64,000 bases of DNA, from the IMG/VR virus record IMGVR_UViG_3300030085_002431, positions 124,001-188,000 of that record, one strand, 5' to 3'. Made by a program: the position numbers and the translations under genes. Below, in pieces: positions 28,359-38,916 of this stretch. Numbering within the stretch: position 1 is the first letter of the stretch; each line of letters starts with the position of its first letter. The notes under the pieces are model-generated. The model saw only the letters and a program-made list of their open reading frames with translations, made no database searches and was not told the DNA's origin.

Positions 28359-31300
28359 ATGGGAAGTTCTAATACATTTTCAAAAGCATTGAAGCACCTG
28401 AAGGCATCTAGACCTTCAAGTCTTCATGAAGAGGTTCCTACAAATAATACGCAGAATTTATATAGAGTAGAACCAATGACATTCCAGGAGACGCATCCTG
28501 GAGTAGACGCACCAGATTTCGATCAGGATGGTGATGGTTCATCTGGGTATACTGGTACTGATACCTCAGGTCTTTTCATGCCTGATGGTACGATTAGAGT
28601 AGCTGAACCACCTGGAGATACGAGTGCCATTCTCGGACCAATGGCATCCATGTGGTATGCATGGGGAAATTTTAGTACGTTTGGATATATTAGACAGTCT
28701 GACCGTAAGATGGTCAACCTAGGAAGAATTACTGGAAAACTTTCCGACTGGGATGGTGTCAGTAATTTTACTTCTTATAATAATGACTTCACTATTGATC
28801 AAGCAGTTTGGTTTAGAGATGTAGAAAAGTATGGTGGAATTAGTAATGACCCAGCAGAGGCAAACTATAGGGCATTCTATCCTGGTCCACCATCAAATAC
28901 TCCAGACCAGTATGGTAGATACTATTGTACAACTACGGGAAGACCTAAGAATCGAAGAACGGGAACCAATCCACCAAACAGAGGACCCGAAGGTTCTGGA
29001 TTCCCATGGGGTAGTGGTAGTAATCCTAACAGAAGAAGAAGAGGAGGACAGGGAGGTAGACCTGGTGGTTCCTCTGGCAACAGAGGTGGATATGGAGGAG
29101 GTAATTTCCCTGGTTCTGGAGGACCAGGAGGTCAAGGTGGTGAAGGTGGACCACCTAAACCACCAAAGGAACCACCAATTGATCCAGACACAGGAAAACC
29201 TACAAAGCAACCTACACCTGCGGAACTTAATGCAGCAGCAAAGTATGTTGAGTACTTGGCACAAAAATCAGTTAATGACCCAGGTTCATTAACACCTACG
29301 GAACGAGAAAGGTTTCAGGCATATAGTGGAGAGAACAGTGTTTTTAAACCCACTGTTGATGCCGTACTTAACAGAGCAAATCTTACTCCAGCACAAGCAG
29401 GTAAAATTGCAACTAATATGGCTGGTGGAACTCCATTTAATCCTTCTTTGCAGGCATATGGAGGCAGTTCTAAAGGTCTTGGTGGTGAAATTAAATTGGG
29501 TCAGCATGGAACTGGACAGCAAGCTGCTCAAGGAATTAAAAAAGATGGATTTAGAGCAGGCAGTCGTCAAAATGTTTATGGAACTAAAGGTGTCTTTATA
29601 GATCCTTCTGCGAGTGGAGCAGCAGCAGACGACTTTGCCCGAGCTGGTGCTGCAGCAGAAGCAGGTGGTAGAGGAACTGCAGGAAGAACTGCCGCACAGA
29701 GAGCAGCAGACTTAAAAGCAGCAGGTCAAGGAGCAGGAAAAGGAACAAAAATTCCAGTTGCATATAAACCTGGAACTGGTTCCAGGATGAATATTCCTGG
29801 AACAAAATATGCTGAAGTTGGTGTAGATGCTAGCAAGGCAACCAAAGGTGCAAGACTTGCCCAGAATGCTATTACTAAGTATCCTAATAGTGCGAAAGCT
29901 CAGCAGTTAATAACAAAAGGTGCAACAACTACTGCATCTAAAGGTGCTGCTAGAACTGTGGCAAAAACTCTTGGCAAGGCAGTTCCTTTTGCAGGAGCAG
30001 CTATATCAGTTGCTGATGCTGCCGATAGAATTTCTAAGGGTGATGTTGCTGGTGCATTGTTAAGTGGATTAACAGCAGTTCCTGGTCCAGTTGGTTGGAC
30101 AGCACTTGCTACTCAGATAGTAACTGATAGTACTGGTTTAACTGGTGGTGGTTCTCGTCCAACTTCTGTAAAAGAGGAGAATGAATATAGTAGTTATCAA
30201 GAATATGTTGATAAAGCCAAAGAAGTTATTGATAGAGATAAAGTAAATCTTGGTAAGGACGAGGATCTGCTGAATGTTCTTAAATCAGAACTTGGTTTGC
30301 ACGATAAACTAAGTGATAAGGATAAGGAATACTTAGTTGACCTTTTTGATAACTCTAAGGATGTAAATCCTGAAGAAGTTTCTTCTTTCTTGAATAAGAT
30401 AATTAAAAAACTTTCATCGGGTGAAAAGAAAGTTCCTAAGTCTTCACTACCAAGACTTCCAAAAAGAACTAATAAAGATTCTTCTGTAAATGAATCTCAC
30501 ACCTTAGATGTAGTTAAAAACATCAAAAAACCTGTAGTTATTGAAGAGAAGAAGGAGAAAGTAAAACGTCGTCCTAGAGTCATTGGTTCTGAACCAAGAA
30601 CTCTCAATACTAGTTTGATGAAACAGGCAGAAGTTCCTGCATCATTCAAGAAACCAGAAGAGAGAATGTGGGGCAAGTATGAAAGAGAGCAAAATGCAAG
30701 AGCATCTCAGGATAGAAAGAACGTTGTTCTAGACCATCTTGGTAATGCAGACCAAGCATGGGAATATCTTCTCGATAGAAATGCTGGTAAGAGAAGTTTT
30801 GCTGGATACTTTGAGAAGGATGGAACTCCAAGAACCATCTTTACTGATGGTAAGGTGAAGACAGTAACCCGTGAAGAAAAAATTGGCACAGATACCCTTA
30901 TCTTCTTTACTGACGAAGAGGGTAAGAAAGGAAGTATTCTTCAGTCTGAATACAATGAACTTCAAGACCAAGCACATACACAGCAGATGTTTGCGGAGTA
31001 TGAGGCAACAGTTTCTTCTGCTAAGGAAGAAGAAAATGACTTTGATAAGATTGCAAATAAACTAGAATTAAAAGCAGAAAGGAATCCTACTAATGATAAG
31101 ATTCAATCAATGCTTTCTAGTTACAGAGCATTGTCTCATCTTAGGAAAGAAGATAAAAAGCAAGAAGCACACTTTACTTCTTGGAAATCTACAATCGATG
31201 GAAAGATTACTAGTAACTTCCAATCATGGGTTGACTCTGTTGGACAAGAGACTGCTGATGCAGTAGCTGTAACTGAAGCTATGACTTCGGGTGACATGTT

Positions 31301-33767
31301 TGTACGTACCCAATTAGAACCTACTGGAGAAGAAATAAGAGTACCTGTACCAAGTGATTCTTTTAGGTATAACCAAAGTGATGCAGTTACAACTACAGGT
31401 GGTGTGGTTAAATTTGGTGAGGTTGCTCCTCATAATTACGATAGTCAGTACTGGTGGAGGCAGACGGCATCAACTAACTATATTACAACTACAGATGTAC
31501 CTGGAGAACAAACTGTTACTCACGTAACCTTTGATGTTGATTTGGGAACTGGGATTGATGCTCCCTTACCTAATCATCCTTTGAAGGTTGAGTATAGTAT
31601 GGTTTATAGAGACTCTAACGGAAATGCATATAATGCTGGGACTGGAACTCTGGGTAATATAACTGCTGGTGGAAAGACTAGTTTTGAATTGCCAAAATAT
31701 CATGAATATTTTGAAATCAGTTTTGACCTGACGGTTGATGGAACTTGGATGCGTTCTTATGAACTAGATTACCAACGTAGAATGTTTGTTGGTACAACTC
31801 TTGCAGGAGCAACACTTACTCAGGCTGATGCTGAGGGGAACATTGGTCCAATAGCGATGATTCTCGATGTTTTACGCCATCCAGGTCCTTTTGATGATGA
31901 TGCGGACGATACGATGCATGTTCTTTTATTTAATGGATTTTCATCGAGAATAAGTGGTCTACCTGGTGGATCTGGGGGAGGTTTAGGATCAGATAGAGAA
32001 TATCTCTATAATCTTATAAGAAGTCAGTATGCTCATCTTAAAGATAGGTATGCACTAACATACACAATAAACAGTATGGGTCTGACTAGAGTAGCTCCAA
32101 TAACGGTGTGGGTTCCTCTTGATAGTCCAGAAGCAGTGAGCTTTATGAGAACAGCACCAGAAATGCAAGGACTAACTCCTGCACAAAGACTTAAAAAACT
32201 TAAGGAAATGCTTGAAGCTGGTAATGAGTATCTAATTAAGATGCTTGGATATCAAGGTTCTACTGCAACTCCTGATGGTTATAACACTGAAGTTGCTTTG
32301 GATACCATTCCTTATGAGGAACCATCTCCAGGTCCAGGGGGATATAAACCACCTGGAAGTTATGATCCTAATAAGTTCTATGACTTGAAAACTGACCCAA
32401 GTCAATTACCATCTCCAAATCTTCCTTCTACTGGACCTGGTAGATCGAGTGTTCCTGATGGTACAGAAGTTGCTGCTAGTTATCCAAAAATGGATCCTTT
32501 GGATAAACTCCTGAAGGATATTGATGATGCAGATAAAAAACTTAAAAATCAACCACCAGGAACTAGACCAGGTAAGGGAAGAGGCATGGGAGATAGATGG
32601 GATTTCAATAAATTTGTTAAAGGAAAAAATAATACCGTTGTTGCTCATCATGAGCCAAAGGGTAAGTATCTGGCTGACTCCAAGACGTTCAAGAAAAAGT
32701 CATTTTCAAATTGGTACAGTTCCATGGAGTCTGAAATTTCAGACAAAGTGGTTGAGGATACTAAAAAGTTAATTGAAGGTATGACTTCTGGATCATTATT
32801 TCAAGCAAATCTTCCAGCAATGGGTGATGTTCCTCTAGATACAGTTTCTGATACCTCTATCAGTGATTCTGATCTTTTGCAACCTTATCAAGATTATGGA
32901 GACCCTGATTATGCAATTAGTGCTCAAATACAGACTCTAGGAACTGTTGATGCATCTGAATATGATACTTTGAAACTTACTATAGGTGGTTCTTTTAATA
33001 GTAGAGTTGTTGATGGTTCTTCACTAGATGATAAAATTAGTATAGGTGTGCTAGTTGGTGGAACTTATGCTGGAAATTATCTTGCACATGATTTGGATGC
33101 TGGTACTCACATCATTTCAATTCCATCAAGGTTCCAAAAAGCAAATGTGAAATTTGATGCTCTTACGATTACTGCTATTCAAGGAGTTACTGGCTCTAGA
33201 TCAATAACAAACATAGAATTCCAGAGAAGGAATTCTAAAACAATTTTTGTTTCTTTGGATTCTCCAGAGGCAGTTAACTTTATAAGAACTGACCCAATGA
33301 TGAAGGGACTAACTCCTCAACAGCAACTTGATAAACTTAAGGAAATGCTTGAGGCTGGTAATGAATATCTCCTACAACAACTTGGGTATATTGGTTCTAC
33401 TGCAACTCCTGGTCCTGATGAAGTTGCACAGGCATTGCCATACACTGATGAGGATGATGCTTTTGATAATCCTTACTATGATGACCCATTTAAGGACCCT
33501 GGTGATTTGGATGATAGTGATGATGAGAGCACTTGGGACTTTGCAAGCACTGATTCTGATACCGAGATTGCTCAGGCAGAACCACTAAGCATGAACACTC
33601 CTGGTGGTGTTCAGGGCACTGCTAAAGATTATACTTATGATCCTCATATGAAAACATGGGTTCCTAACATTTCTGACGTTGAAAAAAGAGCGGCAGGTCG
33701 AAGATCAAAATTTAGAATGGAGTCTGTAGAGAAACTAAATACTCATACAAAGGAAATCGAACAATGA
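28359..33767 (+). CDS. Giant modular virion-associated protein with candidate ART domain and duplicated cassettes
   Basis: HGT...GF...YGTKGVF...YAE; two LDSPEAVxFxRT...LKEMLEAGNEYL repeats. Confidence 0.75.
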   Translation: MGSSNTFSKALKHLKASRPSSLHEEVPTNNTQNLYRVEPMTFQETHPGVDAPDFDQDGDGSSGYTGTDTSGLFMPDGTIRVAEPPGDTSAILGPMASMWYAWGNFSTFGYIRQSDRKMVNLGRITGKLSDWDGVSNFTSYNNDFTIDQAVWFRDVEKYGGISNDPAEANYRAFYPGPPSNTPDQYGRYYCTTTGRPKNRRTGTNPPNRGPEGSGFPWGSGSNPNRRRRGGQGGRPGGSSGNRGGYGGGNFPGSGGPGGQGGEGGPPKPPKEPPIDPDTGKPTKQPTPAELNAAAKYVEYLAQKSVNDPGSLTPTERERFQAYSGENSVFKPTVDAVLNRANLTPAQAGKIATNMAGGTPFNPSLQAYGGSSKGLGGEIKLGQHGTGQQAAQGIKKDGFRAGSRQNVYGTKGVFIDPSASGAAADDFARAGAAAEAGGRGTAGRTAAQRAADLKAAGQGAGKGTKIPVAYKPGTGSRMNIPGTKYAEVGVDASKATKGARLAQNAITKYPNSAKAQQLITKGATTTASKGAARTVAKTLGKAVPFAGAAISVADAADRISKGDVAGALLSGLTAVPGPVGWTALATQIVTDSTGLTGGGSRPTSVKEENEYSSYQEYVDKAKEVIDRDKVNLGKDEDLLNVLKSELGLHDKLSDKDKEYLVDLFDNSKDVNPEEVSSFLNKIIKKLSSGEKKVPKSSLPRLPKRTNKDSSVNESHTLDVVKNIKKPVVIEEKKEKVKRRPRVIGSEPRTLNTSLMKQAEVPASFKKPEERMWGKYEREQNARASQDRKNVVLDHLGNADQAWEYLLDRNAGKRSFAGYFEKDGTPRTIFTDGKVKTVTREEKIGTDTLIFFTDEEGKKGSILQSEYNELQDQAHTQQMFAEYEATVSSAKEEENDFDKIANKLELKAERNPTNDKIQSMLSSYRALSHLRKEDKKQEAHFTSWKSTIDGKITSNFQSWVDSVGQETADAVAVTEAMTSGDMFVRTQLEPTGEEIRVPVPSDSFRYNQSDAVTTTGGVVKFGEVAPHNYDSQYWWRQTASTNYITTTDVPGEQTVTHVTFDVDLGTGIDAPLPNHPLKVEYSMVYRDSNGNAYNAGTGTLGNITAGGKTSFELPKYHEYFEISFDLTVDGTWMRSYELDYQRRMFVGTTLAGATLTQADAEGNIGPIAMILDVLRHPGPFDDDADDTMHVLLFNGFSSRISGLPGGSGGGLGSDREYLYNLIRSQYAHLKDRYALTYTINSMGLTRVAPITVWVPLDSPEAVSFMRTAPEMQGLTPAQRLKKLKEMLEAGNEYLIKMLGYQGSTATPDGYNTEVALDTIPYEEPSPGPGGYKPPGSYDPNKFYDLKTDPSQLPSPNLPSTGPGRSSVPDGTEVAASYPKMDPLDKLLKDIDDADKKLKNQPPGTRPGKGRGMGDRWDFNKFVKGKNNTVVAHHEPKGKYLADSKTFKKKSFSNWYSSMESEISDKVVEDTKKLIEGMTSGSLFQANLPAMGDVPLDTVSDTSISDSDLLQPYQDYGDPDYAISAQIQTLGTVDASEYDTLKLTIGGSFNSRVVDGSSLDDKISIGVLVGGTYAGNYLAHDLDAGTHIISIPSRFQKANVKFDALTITAIQGVTGSRSITNIEFQRRNSKTIFVSLDSPEAVNFIRTDPMMKGLTPQQQLDKLKEMLEAGNEYLLQQLGYIGSTATPGPDEVAQALPYTDEDDAFDNPYYDDPFKDPGDLDDSDDESTWDFASTDSDTEIAQAEPLSMNTPGGVQGTAKDYTYDPHMKTWVPNISDVEKRAAGRRSKFRMESVEKLNTHTKEIEQ

Positions 33768-34036
33768 AAGGGAAGAAGAAACCATCATTTGATGAGTTCA
33801 TGAAAAAAACTGGTTACTATGAGGGGAAACCTTCTCCTATGGGTTTCCCTACAGACCCACCACCTGAGATGGTGAACGGGTATCATCCCGACCTTGTGAC
33901 TCCTGAAGGACAGGAGAAACAGTCTCAACGATTTAATAAAATGGACCCGACTACTGCACAGATGGCAATGGGGGCACCAACAGGAAATCCGAAGATAGAT
34001 GCGAAGGTAAAGAAGGCAGCACGGATGCCAAAATGA
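33764..34036 (+). CDS. Hypothetical protein coupled to giant gene
   Basis: ATGA overlap; PPPEMVNGYHPDL. Confidence 0.7.
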   Translation: MKGKKKPSFDEFMKKTGYYEGKPSPMGFPTDPPPEMVNGYHPDLVTPEGQEKQSQRFNKMDPTTAQMAMGAPTGNPKIDAKVKKAARMPK

Positions 34037-34047
34037 TAAGTGGCACA

Positions 34048-34070
34048 AGGGGGTTTCGACCCCCTTTTTT
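34048..34070 (+). terminator. Intrinsic terminator
   Basis: AAGGGGG...CCCCTT hairpin running into a T tract. Confidence 0.75.
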
Positions 34071-34124
34071 ATGTGGTATTATTAAGAGGTGGAGGAAACA
34101 CCACTTCTCCACTGAAACGATGGG

Positions 34125-34158
34125 TTGACAACCGTACAAACCCATGGTACTATAAATA
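34125..34158 (+). promoter_or_regulatory. psbA dual promoter (sigma70 plus late)
   Basis: TTGACA-17-TACTAT overlapping TATAAATA. Confidence 0.8.
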
Positions 34159-34200
34159 AATCAACGACGAAGAAGTTTACATTTCTTAATCCGTTGGACC

Positions 34201-34290
34201 ACACCCCTTAAACCGAGACCTCTAGGGTGTCAAAATTACGTCTCTCATACCAACCCTGGAGGGTAGGGTTGGAATATTATATTCAGTGTT
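34201..34290 (+). ncRNA. PhotoRC-II-like psbA leader RNA
   Basis: GAGAC/GTCTC stem, CCCT/AGGG pseudoknot potential, CCAACCCT/AGGGTTGG hairpin, upstream of psbA. Confidence 0.75.
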
Positions 34291-34323
34291 CCCCGCACTA
34301 TTACATAACCCTTTTTCAAAACA

Positions 34324-35406
34324 ATGGCAAACGCTACTCTTTCACGCCAACAAGGCGCATCCACTTGGGAAAACTTCTGCGAGTGGGTAACTTCAACCAA
34401 TAACCGTCTCTATGTCGGTTGGTTCGGTGTGCTGATGATTCCAACTCTGTTGGCAGCCACTATCTGCTTCATCGTTGCATTCATTGCAGCACCCCCCGTC
34501 GATATTGACGGTATCCGTGAACCCGTTGCTGGTTCACTTATGTATGGTAACAACATCATCTCTGGTGCAGTTGTTCCTTCTTCAAACGCAATCGGACTCC
34601 ACTTCTACCCTATTTGGGAAGCTGCTTCACTGGATGAATGGCTTTACAACGGTGGTCCTTTCCAGTTGGTAATCTTCCACTTCCTGATTGGCATCTATGC
34701 TTACATGGGTCGTGAGTGGGAACTTTCCTATCGTCTCGGTATGCGTCCTTGGATTTGCGTTGCATACTCTGCACCTGTTGCAGCAGCATCCGCAGTCTTC
34801 CTGGTCTATCCTTTCGGTCAAGGTTCGTTCTCTGACGCAATGCCTCTCGGCATCTCTGGTACTTTCAACTACATGCTTGTCTTCCAAGCAGAGCACAACA
34901 TTCTGATGCACCCCTTCCACATGCTGGGTGTCGCAGGTGTCTTCGGTGGTTCACTGTTCAGTGCAATGCACGGTTCACTGGTTACCTCCTCTCTGGTTCG
35001 TGAAACAACTGAATCTGAGTCCCAGAACTACGGTTACAAGTTCGGTCAAGAAGAAGAGACTTACAACATCGTTGCCGCACACGGTTACTTCGGTCGTCTT
35101 ATCTTCCAATACGCATCCTTCAACAACTCCCGTTCACTGCACTTCTTCCTCGCAGCATGGCCTGTTGTTGGTATCTGGTTCACTGCTCTTGGTGTCAGCA
35201 CCATGGCATTCAACCTGAACGGTTTCAACTTCAACCAGTCCATCCTTGATGGTCAGGGTCGTGTCCTCAACACTTGGGCAGACGTTCTTAACCGTGCTGG
35301 TCTGGGTATGGAAGTCATGCACGAACGTAACGCACACAACTTCCCCCTCGACCTTGCTGCTGCTGAGTCCACTCCTGTGGCACTTACCGCACCTAGCATC
35401 GGTTGA
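34324..35406 (+). CDS. psbA: Photosystem II D1
   Basis: NRLYVGWFG...[13 protein letters not shown]; no intron. Confidence 0.99.
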   Translation: MANATLSRQQGASTWENFCEWVTSTNNRLYVGWFGVLMIPTLLAATICFIVAFIAAPPVDIDGIREPVAGSLMYGNNIISGAVVPSSNAIGLHFYPIWEAASLDEWLYNGGPFQLVIFHFLIGIYAYMGREWELSYRLGMRPWICVAYSAPVAAASAVFLVYPFGQGSFSDAMPLGISGTFNYMLVFQAEHNILMHPFHMLGVAGVFGGSLFSAMHGSLVTSSLVRETTESESQNYGYKFGQEEETYNIVAAHGYFGRLIFQYASFNNSRSLHFFLAAWPVVGIWFTALGVSTMAFNLNGFNFNQSILDGQGRVLNTWADVLNRAGLGMEVMHERNAHNFPLDLAAAESTPVALTAPSIG

Positions 35407-35431
35407 TACACTGAAAACTGAATAATAAATA

Positions 35432-35457
35432 AAGGGACCCGAAAGGGTCCCTTTTTT
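35432..35457 (+). terminator. psbA terminator
   Basis: AAGGGACCC-GAAA-GGGTCCCTT-T run. Confidence 0.9.
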
Positions 35458-35468
35458 AATGGCAATAA

Positions 35469-35726
35469 ATGGGTAAAAGAAAAAGCACCTGGAGAATCTG
35501 GGCAAAAGCACTAGGAGCAAAGGAGGGCAAGAATGACAGAGAGGCAGACACAGTGGCTATCATACGCACTGTTATACTTGTTTCTTATATGGTCACTAAC
35601 GTTGCTATTGTAGCCAACGCAGTAAGACATTGGAATGCAAACGATACATGTGTAAATAGTAGTAGTAGTCTAGGGCACACAACCCAGTTGGGTTCCGATG
35701 TACAAGGAACCTCACCTCACCGTTAA
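35469..35726 (+). CDS. Small membrane protein
   Basis: WRIWAKALG...AIIRT...ANAVRHW. Confidence 0.65.
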   Translation: MGKRKSTWRIWAKALGAKEGKNDREADTVAIIRTVILVSYMVTNVAIVANAVRHWNANDTCVNSSSSLGHTTQLGSDVQGTSPHR

Positions 35727-35901
35727 AAATGCTGAGTGTAATAAATTATGGTATGAGTGGTATGAACTTTTTAATAATCCAGAAACAAGACACAGTGAAG
35801 AGACCAAACGACTAAGAAAAAAATGGTGCAAATGTGTTGATGAACTTAGTGTCATGCTTCATCAAGCATACTTAGACATGCCGCATAAACCCCCGATGTA
35901 G
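35698..35901 (+). CDS. Hypothetical protein
   Basis: ORF. Confidence 0.6.
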   Translation: MYKEPHLTVKNAECNKLWYEWYELFNNPETRHSEETKRLRKKWCKCVDELSVMLHQAYLDMPHKPPM

Positions 35902-35909
35902 GAGAACGT

Positions 35910-36170
35910 ATGGATTTCGATTTAGATATGGAGGATTTTACAATCATCCAAAATGCTCTTCACTATTATAAGAAAGTAGAGAAGAGAGGAAATTTCAGAC
36001 AGTACGATACGGAAAGAATTAATGCTCTTAGAGATAAACTTGCAGAGCAAATCTCACCCAGTACAATTAAGAGTACAGTTTTCTCCTACAGTTCTACTGC
36101 AGACACTGCAGAGACTTATAGACTAAAGAAGATTAAAGAAGACGAGAACATCTCATTTAAGTATGAATAA
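35910..36170 (+). CDS. Hypothetical protein
   Basis: AGGAG SD. Confidence 0.6.
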   Translation: MDFDLDMEDFTIIQNALHYYKKVEKRGNFRQYDTERINALRDKLAEQISPSTIKSTVFSYSSTADTAETYRLKKIKEDENISFKYE

Positions 36171-36197
36171 ATAATTAAAGTTCGGATATCCGCACAT

Positions 36198-36449
36198 ATG
36201 AAGTGTGAAGAGGCTTGTTACGCACTCAAACTTGAATGTGCATTACGAGATTTAGGTTTCGTAGATATCGGTTGGAAGACCGTTGCTCACGCAGGTATAT
36301 TCTTTGTACAACCAGTAGGCATCCCAGATGAACCCGAAGGGGATCTTCTGGGATTTTCTGTATCAATACCATACAGAACTGATTACAACAAAAGGTATCG
36401 TTTGTTAGGAACTGCTAAAAAAGCACTCGATTTTGCTCAAGGTATTTGA
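36198..36449 (+). CDS. Hypothetical protein
   Basis: ORF. Confidence 0.6.
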   Translation: MKCEEACYALKLECALRDLGFVDIGWKTVAHAGIFFVQPVGIPDEPEGDLLGFSVSIPYRTDYNKRYRLLGTAKKALDFAQGI

Positions 36450-36478
36450 CTACATAGTGTAGTTGCAAATACTTATAG

Positions 36479-36802
36479 ATGAAGTTCTTTTTTGCACTGT
36501 TAGCAACCCTTTTCTTCTCTGCTCCTGCATGGGCAGTAGATGTTCAGATGGGTTCTAATGGAAATCTAGTTTTCGATCCAGCAGAAGTAACTATCTCCGC
36601 AGGAGAATCAGTTCACTTTGTCAACAATATGCTCCCACCACACAACGTAGTTGTAGAAGACCATCCAGAATTAAGTCACGAAGCCCTGGCAATGTTACCA
36701 GGTGAAGAATTTGACGTTGAATTCACAGAGGCAGGTGACTATACTTATTGGTGTGCCCCTCATAAAGGAGCAGGCATGATTGGTACTGTACATGTAGAGT
36801 AA
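36479..36802 (+). CDS. petE: Plastocyanin
   Basis: PHNV...YWCAPHKGAGM; signal peptide. Confidence 0.97.
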   Translation: MKFFFALLATLFFSAPAWAVDVQMGSNGNLVFDPAEVTISAGESVHFVNNMLPPHNVVVEDHPELSHEALAMLPGEEFDVEFTEAGDYTYWCAPHKGAGMIGTVHVE

Positions 36803-37305
36803 TGAAAAAGTTCAACACTGTTGTATTAAACATCACTGTTGCAATCATTGATTTTTTATATCAAGGTAGAGACTACCAGAGATTTTGGGTGCTTGAGGAG
36901 ATTGCTCGGGCACCCTATTTTGCGTTTTTAAGTGTATTGCATTTGAGGGAATCCATGGGCCTAAGAGGTCCAGAACACATCTATTTGATGGAGGAACATT
37001 TTGCTCAAACTCTTAACGAAACAGAACATCTGGAATATATGGAAAGTAGGGGTGGCAATTCTTATTGGATTGATCGTTTCTTTGCCAAGCACCTCGTACT
37101 TGTCTACTATTGGGTCAACGTGGTTTATTATTGGGTGGCTCCTCGCCTTGCTTACCATCTCTCCTATGAAGTAGAAATTCATGCAGCAGAAACTTATGGC
37201 AAGTATCTTGCTTTGAATGGTCCAGATGAAAAGATTTTGGAAATTTTAAATGATGAATTAGAGCACTCTAGAGAATTGTCGCAAGCAATGGAGACTATCA
37301 AATGA
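36802..37305 (+). CDS. ptoX: Plastoquinol terminal oxidase
   Basis: RFWVLEEIARAPYF, ETEH, EIHA, DELEH di-iron motifs. Confidence 0.96.
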   Translation: MKKFNTVVLNITVAIIDFLYQGRDYQRFWVLEEIARAPYFAFLSVLHLRESMGLRGPEHIYLMEEHFAQTLNETEHLEYMESRGGNSYWIDRFFAKHLVLVYYWVNVVYYWVAPRLAYHLSYEVEIHAAETYGKYLALNGPDEKILEILNDELEHSRELSQAMETIK

Positions 37306-37469
37306 ACGAGAAGTTAACCCTGAGGGATTGTCCGCATTGCTCGGGGAGTTTAGTATCAGCGGAAATAAGTGAAGCAGTAAAACCATACTGTGAACCTGGT
37401 GCATTCCACTCATCACTTCTTTTGTCAGATGATGGGTGGGTGTGTCCACATTGTGGAGAACTGGTATGA
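37302..37469 (+). CDS. Zn-ribbon protein (55 aa)
   Basis: Two CPHC motifs; ATGA coupling. Confidence 0.65.
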   Translation: MNEKLTLRDCPHCSGSLVSAEISEAVKPYCEPGAFHSSLLLSDDGWVCPHCGELV

Positions 37470-37555
37470 AAACATATCAATCTGCTATAATTATATTCAG
37501 TGCTATTACACTCTTAGTTATTTGGAGTGTTAATACTGCGTATCCAATTAGTTAA
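37466..37555 (+). CDS. 29-aa membrane peptide
   Basis: MKTYQSAIIIFSAITLLVIWSVNTAYPIS; ATGA coupling. Confidence 0.5.
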   Translation: MKTYQSAIIIFSAITLLVIWSVNTAYPIS

Positions 37556-37562
37556 GTAAAAT

Positions 37563-38891
37563 ATGGAATTAACAAAAGGCATCGTTATCTTTGGTGCCAC
37601 GGGAGACCTTTGCAAAAGGAAACTTATACCTGCCCTTTTTAAATTATGGGAAAAGGGTCTCCTTCCACATAACTTTTTAATTACTGGTGCATCTCGTAGA
37701 GAGAGGTCACCACAACAGTGGAAAGAATCCCTTGGTAATTATCCAGAAGAATTTCTTCATCAACTAGATTACATCTCAGCGGACTTAGACAATGTTGACA
37801 CTCTCAGTCACCTTCCTAATTACCTGCACGATAATACTTATTTCCTTTCGGTTCCTCCCGAAAGATATGCTAACGCTATTATCAATCTCAAAGAGGCAGG
37901 TAAACTCGATGACCCCGAAGCATCCCGTGTGGTTATTGAGAAACCCTTTGGGTACGATTTTAAATCTGCTGATAATCTACAGTCTGTGGTGGAGCGACAT
38001 TTACGCGAGAAGCAAGTCTATCGCATTGACCATTATCTTGGCAAAGATACTGTTAATAACATACTTGCTACTAGGTTTGGCAATATATTTCTTGAACCTA
38101 TCTGGAATCGTCAGTGCGTAGACGAAGTACAAATTTTTGCTTCTGAAACTATTAGTTGCGATGGTCGTGCTCAATACTATGACACTGCTGGTGCAGTTCG
38201 TGACATGCTTCAGAACCATATGCTTCAGGTTCTATCTCTGATTGCTATGGAGGCACCATGTAGAATGGATGCTAGAGAAATTAGGAGAGAGAAAACTAAA
38301 GTTCTTGCTGCTACCAGACTGGGACATAAAGTAATCTTTGGTCAGTATGCTGGGTATAGAGAAGAGGAAGGAGTAGGTGAAGAATCTCTAACTCCAACGT
38401 TTGTTGCGGGTGACTTGTATATTGATAACTGGAGATGGCAGGGTGTTCCTTTTTACTTCTTGACTGGAAAGAGTATGCCTTATGGATGTGTTGAAGTTGT
38501 TATTAAACTAAAAGAACCCCCGCTAAAATTATATGAAGGTGAAGTTAACGACCGTATTGTCATTCGTCTGCAGCCTAATCCTCATTTGGATATTCGCATG
38601 GACATTAAATCTCCTGGCCTTGGTAATGATCTTGAACTCGCTACTCTCACACACAACTACCCCCAAGACAGGTCCATCGATGGATACGAAAAACTCCTAT
38701 ACGATGCCATCAACGGAAACCAATCCAACTTTGTCCACGCAGATGAAGTGATGGAGTCTTGGAGAATTGTTGATGACCTTCTATGTACTGGTGATGAATG
38801 CCCTATTCAAACCAGACCATACATTTATGAAAGTGGTTGGGGTCCACAATCAAAAACAGACTCAATTACTAACTGGGATTATCCTGCATAA
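37563..38891 (+). CDS. zwf: Glucose-6-phosphate dehydrogenase
   Basis: GATGDL, EKPFG, RIDHYLGK, RDMLQNH. Confidence 0.98.
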   Translation: MELTKGIVIFGATGDLCKRKLIPALFKLWEKGLLPHNFLITGASRRERSPQQWKESLGNYPEEFLHQLDYISADLDNVDTLSHLPNYLHDNTYFLSVPPERYANAIINLKEAGKLDDPEASRVVIEKPFGYDFKSADNLQSVVERHLREKQVYRIDHYLGKDTVNNILATRFGNIFLEPIWNRQCVDEVQIFASETISCDGRAQYYDTAGAVRDMLQNHMLQVLSLIAMEAPCRMDAREIRREKTKVLAATRLGHKVIFGQYAGYREEEGVGEESLTPTFVAGDLYIDNWRWQGVPFYFLTGKSMPYGCVEVVIKLKEPPLKLYEGEVNDRIVIRLQPNPHLDIRMDIKSPGLGNDLELATLTHNYPQDRSIDGYEKLLYDAINGNQSNFVHADEVMESWRIVDDLLCTGDECPIQTRPYIYESGWGPQSKTDSITNWDYPA

Positions 38892-38916
38892 ATTATTAAG
38901 TATTAGTAATATTTTT

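Noticed and set aside
34324-35406. Group I intron in psbA
   Set aside because: Continuous 360-aa ORF
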